A DNA stretch of 32,000 nt from Desulfotalea psychrophila LSv54. GTDB lineage: Bacteria; Desulfobacterota; Desulfobulbia; Desulfobulbales; Desulfocapsaceae. A model generated the notes under the pieces. The model ran no database searches and was not told the DNA's origin. It saw only the letters and a list, made by a program, of their open reading frames with translations. Both the position numbers and the translations under genes were made by a program. This document shows, in pieces, positions 15,920 to 25,029 of the stretch. Every line of letters begins with the position of its first letter. Within the stretch, counting starts at the first letter, position 1. The stretch spans positions 1,200,001 through 1,232,000 of the forward strand of contig NC_006138.1 of NCBI RefSeq assembly GCF_000025945.1. The letters are read 5' to 3'.

Positions 15920-16243
15920 GTAAAATTGAATTGATGGGTGGTGTGGCAATCGGTAAAATTCATTCTAAAGTTCACGATATCTGCTTAGCTGAAGCTCTGG
16001 GAATCGCCTGTGTTCAATGTTTATGTGTTGCTTGGCGTGATTGACTCAGGGAACAACTGAAGGCTGATAGGGAAGCGGAGCTTCGGGCAGGACTGGGAAA
16101 GTAAAACTGATAGTAAAGACAGAGCGTTGAAAGATGTGCCAGTTTACTAGTTTTGTTGTGCTTAGAGCAGGAACACCTGCTACAGTATTTTGCTATGAGA
16201 TTTCCAGACACATTTGGTTAGGTTAAAAATATGAGAAAAAACT

Positions 16244-16885
16244 ATGGTCGGCCCTGTTAATAACGAAGAAAGACAGCATGCAGTTGATGACTTGAAAGGT
16301 GTTGAATACTACTCTGCTCTGGTTAACGCATGGATTGCAACAAACCAAGAAGCTTCAAAAACACTTGTTACCCTTTCCGTTGTCGCTATAGGTTTTCTCC
16401 CTACGTTGCTCGCAAAAGCTGAGGAGATATCCTCAGGTGTATTAGTGCTTTACGGAACTGCTATGTTTGCTTTTTCAATATGCTGTATCACTGTCATAGC
16501 GGTTTATAGAAGAAACGCAGTTTACTTAGCAAAAGTTGTAAAAGGCGATGTTGGCAGTGACTCACATTTGGAGATTCTTGACAAAACAACCTATTTTTCT
16601 TTTTCAGTAGGAGTTGTTCTGACCTTTTGCCTAAGTATTGTTATAGGATACCAAAAACTACAACCAATAAATCTGGAGGACGTAATGAGTAAGGACAGCA
16701 GTATACAGCACGGTCAGGTTTCTTTTGGAGACAAAAGCCTGAATGGTATCAGTAGTATGGCTCCAACTCCCCAAGCTCCACAATCTAGTTCCCCCACCGC
16801 CTCATCAAGTACAGGCAGTAGCCAGTCCACTGGTGGTTCTGCCTCGGGATCAGGTAGCACAAGTAGCAGCGCAGGAAAAAAGTAG
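16244..16885 (+). CDS. Predicted 3-TM membrane protein with a Ser/Thr/Gly-rich low-complexity C-terminal tail
   Basis: Hydrophobic segments TLVTLSVVAIGFLPTLL, VLVLYGTAMFAFSICCITVIAV and YFSFSVGVVLTFCLSIVIGY. The tail reads PQAPQSSSPTASSSTGSSQSTGGSASGSGSTSSSAGKK. Confidence 0.55.
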   Translation: MVGPVNNEERQHAVDDLKGVEYYSALVNAWIATNQEASKTLVTLSVVAIGFLPTLLAKAEEISSGVLVLYGTAMFAFSICCITVIAVYRRNAVYLAKVVKGDVGSDSHLEILDKTTYFSFSVGVVLTFCLSIVIGYQKLQPINLEDVMSKDSSIQHGQVSFGDKSLNGISSMAPTPQAPQSSSPTASSSTGSSQSTGGSASGSGSTSSSAGKK

Positions 16886-16899
16886 TGGGGTCGCAATGC

Positions 16900-17104
16900 T
16901 TACAGCGACAGCTTCAGATAAGCACCCTTAATCTCTTCAGGCTGGCCGTAAAGACAGCCTAAGGTATGTAGGTGTGAGCTATACTCTCCGGTGATACCCG
17001 AAAGTCTTCCTCAGAGTATGGCTCCTATAATACCCCTTCAAGCTCAGCATCTTACACCAGCTCTTCACCAATCCATACACTATCTGTGTAACCAGTGGAT
17101 TGCA
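16900..17104 (-). pseudogene. 3' remnant of a tyrosine recombinase/integrase gene (truncated and frameshifted)
   Basis: The minus strand reads ..VYGLVKSWCKMLSLKGYYRSHTLRKTFGYH (box II H-x-L-R-x-T-F). After a frameshift near 16990 it continues GEYSSHLHTLGCLYGQPEEIKGAYLKLSL and stops at 16900-16902. The N-terminal approximately 250 aa are absent. Confidence 0.5.
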
Positions 17105-17168
17105 TTAAGCTTGTGTGATGTCAACAAGGTACAGGTTTGTCTAACTTTTGGATAGGTTCCGACTCGTG

Positions 17169-17457
17169 TTAACCTTGATCATTCGCCGCCTTATAGAAAA
17201 CTAAACCTATTTGAACGATTGTTATTCCAACAACGATAGCCGAATAGAGAGTCAAGTTTCCATCATTGAAGAAATACTCTACCGCTGGATATGCTAGTAA
17301 TGCGAATATTGGATGTGCGCTAGCGCCTGCCAGTAATCACCAGTGCTCCTGCAATTGCCCAGATTATACTAGCGCTAAATGAATAAATTCCTAGTCCAAC
17401 GGTGGCAGTAAGAACAAGATTGGTGATAATGAAGAATGCTCCCATTAATGGTTCCAT
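17169..17457 (-). pseudogene. Small multi-TM membrane protein gene interrupted by a frameshift
   Basis: AAGGAGGA RBS then ATG 17457. MEPLMGAFFIITNLVLTATVGLGIYSFSASIIWAIAGALVITGRR ends at a stop at 17320-17322. The next frame continues AGASAHPIFALLAYPAVEYFFNDGNLTLYSAIVVGITIVQIGLVFYKAANDQG and stops at 17169-17171. Confidence 0.45.
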
Positions 17458-17682
17458 GAATCCTCCTTAGAGCCTAACCAGTTGTTGTTCGGTTTCCTAG
17501 TGTCATTCTGAGTAAGGACAATTGGATACCAAGAAAATTTTATTATCTCTTTTATGACTGTGTTTTTCAAGCTCACAGAGTGTCAAGAAGGTGTAATGTG
17601 AGGTGTGTGTCTAAAATTAAAGCTTAGAGAGGGTGGGTAGTTGGAAAGGCGAGGTTCTGTAGGAAATGTCAAATATGACATG

Positions 17683-17724
17683 AAACAAAAAAAGGGTCTT
17701 AGAGAAAAAATTCTCTAAGACCCT
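17683..17724 (-). terminator. Rho-independent terminator of tRNA-Ala
   Basis: Perfect 14-bp stem (17693-17706 / 17711-17724) with a 4-nt loop, followed on the minus strand by TTTTTTTGTTT. Confidence 0.85.
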
Positions 17725-17733
17725 TTGCAATGG

Positions 17734-17809
17734 TGGTGGAGGTAAGCGGGATCGAACCGCTGACCTCGTGACTGCCAGTCACGCGCTCTCCCAGCTGAGC
17801 TATACCCCC
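17734..17809 (-). tRNA. tRNA-Ala(GGC): tRNA-Ala (anticodon GGC)
   Basis: The hand-folded 76-nt cloverleaf is GGGGGTA-TA-GCTC-AGCTGGGA-GAGC-G-CGTGA-CTGGCAG-TCACG-AGGTC-AGCGG-TTCGATC-CCGCT-TACCTCC-ACCA. It has the G3:U70 alanine identity pair and an encoded CCA. Confidence 0.9.
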
Positions 17810-17826
17810 ACATCTGGTGCGCCGAC

Positions 17827-17855
17827 ATAATAGCGATAATTTCCAGCTATGTCAA
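17827..17855 (-). promoter_or_regulatory. Sigma70 promoter of tRNA-Ala
   Basis: On the minus strand: TTGACA (17855-17850), exactly 17 nt, TATTAT (17832-17827). There is an A/T-rich UP-like tract upstream, and the -10 lies about 17 nt before the mature 5' end. Confidence 0.6.
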
Positions 17856-18132
17856 TAAAAAAAGAGTTCTTTTTTCTCTTCTTTTGCCCGCCTTACCGCT
17901 GTCTCTTTGAACTGTCGTTGTTTTCTGCTTTCTAGGTGAAATTTTTATGGTTATTAGCCCTTGTTTTTTGTTTTACCTGCCCCATTTTGTTTTTCCCTCC
18001 CCTCCTTATATTCGATTGCCAATCAGCGGGGCTTTTGGTATTCTTCAATACTTAACTGGTAGCTTGTCTGCTATCTGTTTTCAATAGATGCTTTTTCATG
18101 CCGTTTGGCAGCTTTTTTAATAGCTTATTTAG

Positions 18133-19209
<1,077 letters not shown>

Positions 19210-19260
19210 GTGAAAAATGTTGGAGACTCTTCCTCATTTCTTAATGACTGGTGGTGACCT

Positions 19261-20139
19261 GTGGCAAAAGAGTCCAAAAATTTTCGGCAAAGTGGGCGGT
19301 GGCGTTTTGTTACTGTTTTAACCCTTACTACCTGTGCTGTTATAGCTGTTGTGCTTGGTCTGGGGACACTTGTGGGTGGTAATTTTGGTGTGCCGCAGAA
19401 GATGACACTGGAAATGGTGGGTTCTCTGCAGCGTAGTGCCACCGTGACTCTTGGCTCTGTTGAGGAAATCTATGAAGATTACCTGAGCTTTGTCTCTGTC
19501 CGGGCAGAAAACAAACGCCTGCAGGCCGATGTCGATAAGTATCTTCTGGAACTTGAGAAATACCGTGAAGGCTATAACAGTTATCTTTCCCTGCAGGAAC
19601 AGCTGAAATTCAAACAATCTCTGTCCTTCAAGTCATTTGCGGCCCGTGTTGTCGGTAAGGGGGGGCTGGGAACCTATCAAACAATAGTGATTGACCTTGG
19701 CCGGTCCTCTGATATTATTGCCGGAATGATTGCCTTTGCCCCGGCGGGAGTTGTGGGCCAGGTTATTCAGGTCAGCGATAGCTATGCCAAGGTACTGCTT
19801 GCCAACGCACCGAGTAGTGCCATTGATGCCATGGTCCAGAAAAGTCGAGTACGCGGAATTCTTAAGGGCAATGGCTCTGCCGGATATACTCTGGAATACG
19901 TGTTGAAAAATGCGGATATTGCTGTTGGCGATGATGTTGTTACTGCTGGAGTGGGTGGGATGTTCCCCACGGGGATGACCCTTGGTAAGGTTAGTGCTGT
20001 GGAAAAAAAACGACTGGGCATGTTTTTGCAAGTAGAGATAGAGCCCAGCGTCGACTTTCAAAGTCTGGAATATGTTTTTGTTGATCCTTCTGATCGTCGA
20101 GAAATTAATGAACTGTTGAACTCTTCAGGAAAAAGGTAA
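19261..20139 (+). CDS. mreC: Rod shape-determining protein MreC
   Basis: N-terminal TM segment, a coiled-coil (ENKRLQADVDKYLLELEKYR) and a C-terminal beta domain (GMFPTGMTLGKV). Positioned between mreB and mreD; GTG start. Confidence 0.85.
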   Translation: MAKESKNFRQSGRWRFVTVLTLTTCAVIAVVLGLGTLVGGNFGVPQKMTLEMVGSLQRSATVTLGSVEEIYEDYLSFVSVRAENKRLQADVDKYLLELEKYREGYNSYLSLQEQLKFKQSLSFKSFAARVVGKGGLGTYQTIVIDLGRSSDIIAGMIAFAPAGVVGQVIQVSDSYAKVLLANAPSSAIDAMVQKSRVRGILKGNGSAGYTLEYVLKNADIAVGDDVVTAGVGGMFPTGMTLGKVSAVEKKRLGMFLQVEIEPSVDFQSLEYVFVDPSDRREINELLNSSGKR

Positions 20140-20144
20140 CCCCT

Positions 20145-20675
20145 ATGTTGACCTTCTTCTTTTGGTGTCTTGGGGTGTTCGTCATTGTCCTGCAAACGAC
20201 GGTACTTCCCTATTTTTTAAGTCCCTGCAATGTGCCCGATCTCTTTTTTATCTTTGTCGCCTTCTGTGCCTATCGTTTTTCTTGGTCGTCAGGTGTTTTT
20301 CTGGTCTTTACCATTGGCTGGATGTTGGATGTCGTCTGTGCTGCCTATATGGGTTTTTTCCCTCTGGAATGTTTATTAGTCTTTGCTGTCTTTAAGGTGC
20401 TTACCATTAATAATCCTGTGCGGATGGTTGTCTATCAACTCCCTTTGGTCGCTCTCGGCTATTTTTTCTGGCTGGTGCTGACCCGTCTTGCCTATTCCCT
20501 TTTGCAGACAAGCTATGTGCCCCACGGAGCAGGAGTGGCTTTGGCTAAAGGCTCTTTTTTGGTATTTGTTGCTGCCCTGCCCTGTTTTGCCCTCTATACC
20601 TTTCTCTATGAGTGGCTGGAAAGAAGAAATATGTGGCTAACTCCTCCCAGGCGTCGGCCGCAAAAACGTTTCTAG
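20145..20675 (+). CDS. mreD: Rod shape-determining protein MreD
   Basis: 176-aa polytopic membrane protein immediately after mreC. Confidence 0.75.
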   Translation: MLTFFFWCLGVFVIVLQTTVLPYFLSPCNVPDLFFIFVAFCAYRFSWSSGVFLVFTIGWMLDVVCAAYMGFFPLECLLVFAVFKVLTINNPVRMVVYQLPLVALGYFFWLVLTRLAYSLLQTSYVPHGAGVALAKGSFLVFVAALPCFALYTFLYEWLERRNMWLTPPRRRPQKRF

Positions 20676-20686
20676 TGAGCGCCCCC

Positions 20687-22561
20687 ATGAAGTCTTCTAA
20701 TAAAAGAATTGAAAATTTGAGCAAGGTAAATCTGACGGCATTGGATTTTCTTCGTAATCGTATATATGTTCCGGCAGGCATTATTGTTGTCTTTTTTGTT
20801 CTTATCATGTTGCGCCTGTGGAACTTGCAGGTGATTAATGGTGATTACTATGCTCAGCGAGCAGAGAGCAATCGAGTGCGTGAACGGCAGATTGCCCCTC
20901 CACGGGGCAGTGTTTTTGATCGTAATGGCACCGAGATTGTCAGTAATCGACCATCCTTTAATGTTGTTTTAATCAGGGAAGGCAAGGGAGATGTGGGCAA
21001 GGTTCTGGAGAGGATAGCGCCTATTCTTGATGAGACCGTTACTGATCTTTGGGGCAGGGTACGGCAGGCAAAGAAGATGGCCCGTTATGAACCGATTGTC
21101 TTGAAAAAAGATGTTGATTGGGAGACCCTTGCCTATCTTGAAAACCACAACTACAATTTTTCCGGGGTGCGTATAGAGGTGCAGCCGGTGCGGGTTTATC
21201 ACTACCAGGATCTGGCAGCCAATGTTATTGGTTATCTTGGATCTATCTCTAAGAAATCTCTGGAGAAGTCAGACCATGCTATCTATCGTGGAGGCGATAT
21301 TGTCGGTAAGAGCGGTATGGAGAAGTTACGCGAGGCAGACCTGCGCGGGCAGAAGGGTCAACGCATTTCAGAGGTCAACGCCAAGGGATTTGAGCAGCGT
21401 CTGCTTAATAAAATAGAACCCTTGCCGGGCAAGGACGTCTATCTCACCATCGACGCGGGGCTACAGCAGACCGCTGAGGCCCTGATGGACGCCTCGCATA
21501 AGGCGGGCGCGGTGGTGGTGATGGAGGTGAAAACGGGGCGTATACTGGTTGCGGCCTCTACGCCCAGTATTCATCTGGAAGATTTTATTGGCGGAATTTC
21601 TCAGAAAAACTGGGCGAAGCTCAGAGATAATACGGAACGAACCCCTCTTATTAATAAGGTGGTGCAGGCCAATTATCCCCCCGGCTCAGTTTATAAAATG
21701 GTAACGGCGATGGCGGCTCTGGCCGAGGGGATCATTGATTCCGAGAGCACAATATACTGTCCGGGGAGCTATCACTTTGGTAATCGTCGTTATGGTTGTT
21801 GGAAGAGATCTGGTCATGGGGATATGAATCTCAAACAGGCCCTTGCCCAGTCCTGTGATGTCTATTTTTATCAGCTGGGAGAACGGCTGGGGGTAGATAA
21901 ACTGGCTGAGTATGCCAAGAAATTTGGTTTGGGTTCAAGGAGCGGTATTGAGATGGAGCATGAGAAGGGCGGTCTTATTCCAACAATGGCCTGGAAAAAA
22001 AGGGTGAAGAAGAGGCGGTGGCAGGATGGTGAAACCCTCTCTGTTGCCATCGGTCAGGGTTTTAATCTGACAACTCCTCTGCAGATATGTTTGATGACCT
22101 CCATGTTAGCAACCCATGGTAAACTCTATAAACCACAGTTGGTGGAGAAGGTGGTTGATTCCAGCGGTCTTCCCGTTGAAACATTTCATCCGATCCTGCT
22201 GCAGGAGCTCAAGGGGCTGGAAAAATATTTTGACATGATTCAGGTTGGAATGGAAGAGGTTGTACAGGGGAAGCGTGGTACGGGGCGGCGGTCAAGGATT
22301 AAGGGTATTGATATAGCGGGTAAGACGGGTAGTGCTCAGGTGGTCCATCTGTCAAAGTCAAAGGGAATGAAGGATAATGAAATTCCCTATAAGGAGCGAG
22401 ATCATGCTTGGTTTACCGGTTTTGCCCCGGCTGATAATCCTGAAATTGCCATTACTGTTTTGGTGGAGCATGGCTTGCATGGAGGTAGTGTGGCGGGTCC
22501 TGTTGCCCGTGGTGTTCTCAAGGAGTACTTTCGTGATCGTCTGCAGGCGGCAAAGAAATAG
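20687..22561 (+). CDS. mrdA: Penicillin-binding protein 2 (elongasome transpeptidase)
   Basis: PBP dimerisation and transpeptidase domains with SVYK (SxxK) and KTGSAQ (KTG) motifs. The ORF is open from 20612, overlapping mreD; ATG 20687 or GTG 20675 is more plausible. Confidence 0.9.
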   Translation: MKSSNKRIENLSKVNLTALDFLRNRIYVPAGIIVVFFVLIMLRLWNLQVINGDYYAQRAESNRVRERQIAPPRGSVFDRNGTEIVSNRPSFNVVLIREGKGDVGKVLERIAPILDETVTDLWGRVRQAKKMARYEPIVLKKDVDWETLAYLENHNYNFSGVRIEVQPVRVYHYQDLAANVIGYLGSISKKSLEKSDHAIYRGGDIVGKSGMEKLREADLRGQKGQRISEVNAKGFEQRLLNKIEPLPGKDVYLTIDAGLQQTAEALMDASHKAGAVVVMEVKTGRILVAASTPSIHLEDFIGGISQKNWAKLRDNTERTPLINKVVQANYPPGSVYKMVTAMAALAEGIIDSESTIYCPGSYHFGNRRYGCWKRSGHGDMNLKQALAQSCDVYFYQLGERLGVDKLAEYAKKFGLGSRSGIEMEHEKGGLIPTMAWKKRVKKRRWQDGETLSVAIGQGFNLTTPLQICLMTSMLATHGKLYKPQLVEKVVDSSGLPVETFHPILLQELKGLEKYFDMIQVGMEEVVQGKRGTGRRSRIKGIDIAGKTGSAQVVHLSKSKGMKDNEIPYKERDHAWFTGFAPADNPEIAITVLVEHGLHGGSVAGPVARGVLKEYFRDRLQAAKK

Positions 22562-22605
22562 GGTCTGTGTGGGCTTTTCTTATTAGAAGTGGGATGGAGG
22601 CGTCG

Positions 22606-23724
22606 ATGTTCAAGGCGGATAGAAGACTTTTTTTACATTTTGATATGATTTTGCTCCTGCTGGTTCTGCTTGTCTCTGGCATAGCCCTGTGTAATCTCTA
22701 CAGTGCCTCTTTTCCCTATGTGGGGTATGGCATGGCTCCATGGTTGAAACAACTCTGTTATTTCGGCGTAATGTTCTTTATGTCTGCCTTTATTTTATGT
22801 GTTGACTATAAGTGGCTGCACCAGATTAACTATATTTTTTATTTTGCTGTTCTGGGGCTCTTGATCTTGGCCGATATAATAGGTAGTAGTGCAGGGGGGT
22901 CTCAGAGATGGATTAATCTCGGTCTCTTTAACCTTCAACCATCTGAAGTCGCTAAGATATCTATGGTTATCTGTCTTGCCAGTTACTATGCCAGAAAAGA
23001 GGTGCTTGACGGTTATACCTTAAAACAGCTGCTTTTCCCCATGGCTATGTTGGGCCTTCCCTTTATCATGATTCTTGCCCAGCCGGATCTTGGCACGGCC
23101 CTTATGCTCGGTATTATTTTTGTTTCGATGACCATGTTTGTTAACCTGCGTTGGTCAACCTATCTGGCCCTCGGAACCTTTGGCATTGGTGCTGCTGTCC
23201 TTGGCTGGTTGTATGTGCTTAAGCCATATCAGCGGCAGAGAATAGAAACATTTTTGCATCCGGACCAGGATCTGATGGGCAGTGGTTATCAGATTTTCCA
23301 ATCGAAAATAGCCATTGGCAGTGGCGGTTACTTTGGTAAGGGTTATGGTGAGGGGCCACAGGGGCAGTTGCATTTCCTGCCGGAGAGGCATACTGATTTT
23401 GCCTTTGCCGTTTTGGGTGAGGAGTGGGGTTTTATAGGGACTTTTGTTTTTTTGGCCCTCTACTTTCTCATGTTACTCTGGGGGCTCTATGTGGCAAGTC
23501 AGGCCAAGGACAGATTTGGTATACTGCTTGCCTACGGGGTTGTGGTTCTTATCTTTTGGCAGGCGGTCATTAATCTCTTTATGGTTCTGGGCTTTTTGCC
23601 CGTGGTAGGTATTCCTCTACCCCTTGTCTCCTATGGTGGTTCTTCTCTGCTTACCACCTGTATCGGCCTGGCCATACTCATGAACGTGCGTATGCGTTCC
23701 TTTGATCCGGTTAATCACTGTTAA
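22606..23724 (+). CDS. rodA: Peptidoglycan glycosyltransferase RodA (SEDS family)
   Basis: FtsW/RodA/SpoVE pattern (QPSEVAKI, PDLGTAL, GSGY, PERHTDFAFAV, PLPLVSYGGSS). GGAGG RBS before ATG 22606; the ORF is open from 22567. Confidence 0.9.
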   Translation: MFKADRRLFLHFDMILLLLVLLVSGIALCNLYSASFPYVGYGMAPWLKQLCYFGVMFFMSAFILCVDYKWLHQINYIFYFAVLGLLILADIIGSSAGGSQRWINLGLFNLQPSEVAKISMVICLASYYARKEVLDGYTLKQLLFPMAMLGLPFIMILAQPDLGTALMLGIIFVSMTMFVNLRWSTYLALGTFGIGAAVLGWLYVLKPYQRQRIETFLHPDQDLMGSGYQIFQSKIAIGSGGYFGKGYGEGPQGQLHFLPERHTDFAFAVLGEEWGFIGTFVFLALYFLMLLWGLYVASQAKDRFGILLAYGVVVLIFWQAVINLFMVLGFLPVVGIPLPLVSYGGSSLLTTCIGLAILMNVRMRSFDPVNHC

Positions 23725-24673
23725 CAGAACTCTCCAGTACCAGCTGGCGTAGGCCTGTGATGAACTGCTCCTGAGTATTAAGGGAGGGGCAGGAGGTCAG
23801 GCGCATGCCCAGCTTTTTTGCCTGTTTCTTATAGAGTATATCTATTTCGTAGAGGGTCTCTACGTGGTCAGAGACAAAGGAGATGGGTACCATAAGGATG
23901 TTTTTTACCCCCTCTTGGGCTAGTTGGATGAGCACATCGGGGGTGGATGGTTCTAACCATTCCACCGGGCCGCTCTTGCTTTGAAAGCAGAGCCTTCCCC
24001 TTTTTCCTGTAATTTCCTCTATTGCCCCGATACTTTGTTTGGTGTGCTCGACGTAAGGGTCACCTGCCTCTATAAAGGAGGTGGGCAGGCTGTGCGCGCT
24101 GTAGACAATTTCTGTTTTTTCTCCGTGGAAGGTAGCCAGGCCTTTTTTGATATTGGCTGCGATGGCTGCGATATAGTCCCTCTGTTTTGGCCAGGATGGG
24201 ATTTCTGTCAGGGGCAGAGAAATATTTTTTTTCTTGAGGGTTTTGTGGAGCTGGGTCAGGGAAGATCCCGTGGTGGCCTTTGAGTAATGTGGATAGAGGC
24301 TGAGGGCAACCAGGCGTTCTACCCCCTTGCTCAGGAGGTAATCAAGGGCCTCGTCGCAGTAGGGTGGCCAGTAGCGCATGGCGTAGGTAACGGTGAAGTT
24401 GCCATGGGCCTGAAGCGATTTTTCCAGGGCCTCTGCCTGCGCCTCCGTTATCTGCTTAAGAGGGGATCCTCCACCTATTCTTTCGTATGTGGCGGCGCTT
24501 TTGGGGGCACGACGTTTGGCGATTAGCCAGGCAAGTGGCTTTTGCATAAGGCGGGGGCCCAGTGGGATGATTTCTCTGTCGGAAAAGAGGTTGTAGAGAA
24601 ATGGCCGAACATCTTTTGTCTGGGTGGGGCCTCCCATATTAAGGAGGATGACACCCGTGGGGATATTTTGCAT
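23711..24673 (-). CDS. hemH: Ferrochelatase
   Basis: 320 aa. VILLNMGGP, FLYNLFSD and SAHSLP..FIE.GDPY motifs. The 3' end overlaps the rodA 3' end by 14 nt (convergent). Confidence 0.9.
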   Translation of the reverse strand: MQNIPTGVILLNMGGPTQTKDVRPFLYNLFSDREIIPLGPRLMQKPLAWLIAKRRAPKSAATYERIGGGSPLKQITEAQAEALEKSLQAHGNFTVTYAMRYWPPYCDEALDYLLSKGVERLVALSLYPHYSKATTGSSLTQLHKTLKKKNISLPLTEIPSWPKQRDYIAAIAANIKKGLATFHGEKTEIVYSAHSLPTSFIEAGDPYVEHTKQSIGAIEEITGKRGRLCFQSKSGPVEWLEPSTPDVLIQLAQEGVKNILMVPISFVSDHVETLYEIDILYKKQAKKLGMRLTSCPSLNTQEQFITGLRQLVLESSVNSD

Positions 24674-25029
24674 ATGTTGGTCTCAAAAGAGGAGAAAATT
24701 CATGGGGAGATCGAGGTACTTATTGCGGATATTTTTAGCTTTTTAACTGCCCTAAAAGCTTGTCTCAGGACTCGCTATACTTAATATACAACAAAAAAAA
24801 ATGAATAGCGAGAAAAGCCGTTGCCGCGGAGTTGATTAGCAATAATCATCTATTTCTTCCTAAGAGTTTGTCCGCTATTTCTTGCGCATCTTCTGGATGG
24901 ACCATATACTGTAAGTAACAGATGGCCAGCAGGGGAGTTGTTGATCCTTGTAGGGGCCTGTGCTCTCAGCAAAGGTGGAGCGCCAACAGCTGTTTGGCGA
25001 ATATTGTCATAGTATAAAGGAGAGACTCT

